Assembly: GCA_963704985.1 (NCBI GenBank)
Contig: CAVPIL010000003.1
Span: forward strand, 47,122-111,121
Origin: an uncultured delta proteobacterium
Lineage (GTDB): Bacteria; Desulfobacterota; Desulfobacteria; Desulfobacterales; Desulfosarcinaceae
Length of the DNA: 64,000 nucleotides
Direction: 5' to 3'
Shown in pieces: positions 61,889 to 64,000 of the stretch. Below the pieces are notes generated by a model. The model did not search any database. It saw nothing but the letters and a program-made list of their open reading frames with translations, and was not told the origin of the DNA. Position 1 is the first letter of the stretch; every line of letters starts with the position of its first letter. A program made the translations under genes and the position numbers.

Positions 61889-63199
61889 TTATTTGAGATG
61901 GACGGCAAGGTATTCGAAATCCTTGGTCAGCCGGCCGTTGTAGACGATTACCGCTTTTTGAATTTCCGATGGCAGCCCAGACGTTTCAAGGCTGCTGCCG
62001 TAATCGGCTGATAGCAGTCCAGGCACGAAGGGTTTCAATTGGTTGCTGAAAAAGGTCGAAGCGTCGCTGGGCAGCTCGCAGGGAAGGTTGTCCACGGCCA
62101 GCAGCACGATTCCCTCGCCCAGGTGACCGTCGTGGGTGGTTCCCGTTACGGGATCGACCCGGTAGGCCGGCATGTCGCTGTCGGTGGTCTTGACGTTGCA
62201 CTCGATCGATCCATGGGTGTCGCAGGTGATGTCGGCAATGGCGCTGAGTTTGGGCACTGGTGTGGCCTCGGCCAGGCGCTTCAACCCTGCCCAGGTGACG
62301 AATCGGGGATAGCGCTTTTCCCAATAGACCGCGTTGACCAGCAGAGTGAAGGTGGGCAGAAAGGCTTCAAAGCGGCTCTCGTAGCGCTCCGGGTGCTGGT
62401 AGTACTCTTGGAGGTCGAAGACCGCACCGGCGTCGACGGGCCTGACCAAGTCCCGCTCTTTGAAGACCGTCACGTAGACGGTACGGCGATCGCCGCGGCC
62501 GTCGCTGACAAAGGCGTTGATCGTATCGGGTTCGATGCGCTCGGTGGGCAGGCAGTCGACGATCTGCTGGGCGCCGGTGGAGACGTTGCCGTAGCCCAGG
62601 ATGCCGATGGTGAAAGGGCTCAATGCCGGAGGAAAGCCTTCCCGGCTAATTTTCCGGCCGATTTCGGTGAGGTGCTGCCTGGCTGCTTCGACCGAGTCGT
62701 ACTGGTGCGCCCGCTTGATCTGGGCCAAAGGTGTGTCCATGCCCTTGTCGGCCCAGTGCTCGCCAATGAGCGAGAGAATGTCGATGGCCCCGGCATCCCC
62801 GGCAAAGGGGCCGAAATAGATCAGGCGGCGACCCTGTTGATCGGTGATTTTCTCATAGTCGATGAGGGTGGACCCGCTGTCGATGATTCGCTGCAGCAGG
62901 GGCATGTTGTCTTTCTGTCCTTTGATGGTGTGGGAGAAAAAGAGATAGGTTTTGCCCGACAGGATCTTTTGGACGGGAATCTCCTTGACCCCCAAGATGA
63001 CATCCCCCTCGGCCATGCCCGAGCAACTGGCGCCACCGGCCGCCCTGTAGCGGTCCTCGCTGAAAAAGCGCTTGTCCGACCGCTCCACAAATGCCTGTGC
63101 GCCGGTTTCCTTGAGAATACCCGCAAGGTCCGCCGGCACGATCGGTGCGCGACGCTCCCAGCGGTTTTTATCTTCGGCACGAATCAACAGACGTTTCAT
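61889..63199 (-). CDS. lysine-ketoglutarate reductase / lysine-forming saccharopine dehydrogenase (AlaDh-PNT fold)
   Basis: IRAEDKN.WERRAP, GVKE.P, FFSHTIKGQ..NM, LIDYE, DITCD..GSIE, AVDNLP.ELP.DAS..F. Confidence 0.88.
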   Translation of the reverse strand: MKRLLIRAEDKNRWERRAPIVPADLAGILKETGAQAFVERSDKRFFSEDRYRAAGGASCSGMAEGDVILGVKEIPVQKILSGKTYLFFSHTIKGQKDNMPLLQRIIDSGSTLIDYEKITDQQGRRLIYFGPFAGDAGAIDILSLIGEHWADKGMDTPLAQIKRAHQYDSVEAARQHLTEIGRKISREGFPPALSPFTIGILGYGNVSTGAQQIVDCLPTERIEPDTINAFVSDGRGDRRTVYVTVFKERDLVRPVDAGAVFDLQEYYQHPERYESRFEAFLPTFTLLVNAVYWEKRYPRFVTWAGLKRLAEATPVPKLSAIADITCDTHGSIECNVKTTDSDMPAYRVDPVTGTTHDGHLGEGIVLLAVDNLPCELPSDASTFFSNQLKPFVPGLLSADYGSSLETSGLPSEIQKAVIVYNGRLTKDFEYLAVHLK

Positions 63200-63204
63200 C
63201 TATT

Positions 63205-64000
63205 TCAATCCCCCCAATAACTGCGTTCGTCGGCATTCAACGCGGATCGCCGTTCCTTGAAGCAAATTCCCAAGCGCTGACATTCGGCCAGAATGGGATC
63301 ATAAATCTGCGGATGAACCGGCCTCAGCACCCCGGTCAGGGTGATTTTGCCTTCAGCCACAAGACTGGCGGCGATGCCCACCGGATATCCCACGGTTCGC
63401 GACATGGAGCTGTCTCCCCCGGGTATGCCACAGTCGATGAGAGTGGACTGGATGCGCTGGCGGGGCAGGCCGGGATAGATGGCTTCGAATTCGTGATGCA
63501 TCACCAGCAGGTCCATTTCGCCTTCGTCGTAGACCAAGCGGTTTTTAAGCGTATGGGCGAACATCTCGAAGACCGACGCCGTGCCCAGTTTCAACTTGCG
63601 ATCGGAGAGCAGCCCCAGCCACTCCAGCTTCTTGAGGGTCAGGGAGTGGGGCGGAATCTTGAGATAGGCGGCCACACCGGCCCGGAGGTCCTTGCCCCGG
63701 CTGTTGATGATGTTGGCCAACACCTCGCGGGGAGTGACTTCATCGAAATCGAATTTCATCTTTTGGTTGAGCAGTCCCAGCTGTTTGATGAAATCCCAGG
63801 TTTCACAGTAGCCGACGTTGCGCAAGGTGCCGCGATACATGCCGGAGGCACTCTCGATACCGTAAATATGCAGGTAGGGGAGGGCGTCGCGGTTGACGTA
63901 CGCCTCGAAGACGCCCGCACCGGGAACGCTTTTCAGCCAGTAGTGTTTAAACAGTTCGTCCCCGGGCACTTCGATCACCTTGCCGTGCTCCATGTAGCGC
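63205..64000 (-). CDS. glutamate-forming saccharopine dehydrogenase, C-terminal part (5' outside window)
   Basis: FEAY.NRD...Y, RGTLR..G, WLGL, D...M.HEF, SMSRTVG.P, IY.PIL. Confidence 0.87.
   Translation of the reverse strand, partial: RYMEHGKVIEVPGDELFKHYWLKSVPGAGVFEAYVNRDALPYLHIYGIESASGMYRGTLRNVGYCETWDFIKQLGLLNQKMKFDFDEVTPREVLANIINSRGKDLRAGVAAYLKIPPHSLTLKKLEWLGLLSDRKLKLGTASVFEMFAHTLKNRLVYDEGEMDLLVMHHEFEAIYPGLPRQRIQSTLIDCGIPGGDSSMSRTVGYPVGIAASLVAEGKITLTGVLRPVHPQIYDPILAECQRLGICFKERRSALNADERSYWGD

Overview
GC-rich bacterial chromosome segment. Gene content (fhs, PPi-dependent Pfk, feoAB, a HesB selenoprotein, DVU_1551-type NTP transferase, surA-rodZ-mgtE-recO-glyQS block) suggests a sulfate-reducing Desulfobacterales member, Desulfosarcina-like; this is inference. 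The window is mostly housekeeping and metabolic genes plus one tRNA-Thr(CGT). I saw no CRISPR array, integrase or transposase. Main points the ORF track misses: (1) an IscA/HesB gene with an in-frame UGA (Sec) at 13384; (2) a likely C-terminal Sec extension (U-G-C-S-H) on an ArsR-linked metal permease, with a SECIS-like hairpin 11 nt after the UGA; (3) a ~145-nt rod-like structured RNA behind a consensus sigma70 promoter, directly upstream of an HD-GYP gene; (4) a +1 frameshift splitting mfd; (5) a CheX-CheX-FliN fusion and a degenerate sigma54 activator; (6) a three-gene saccharopine-type lysine cluster converging on a polar amino-acid ABC transporter; (7) short 7/8/9-mer repeat tracts in intergenic gaps. 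All calls come from motif reading and hand base-pairing; no searches or folding programs were run.
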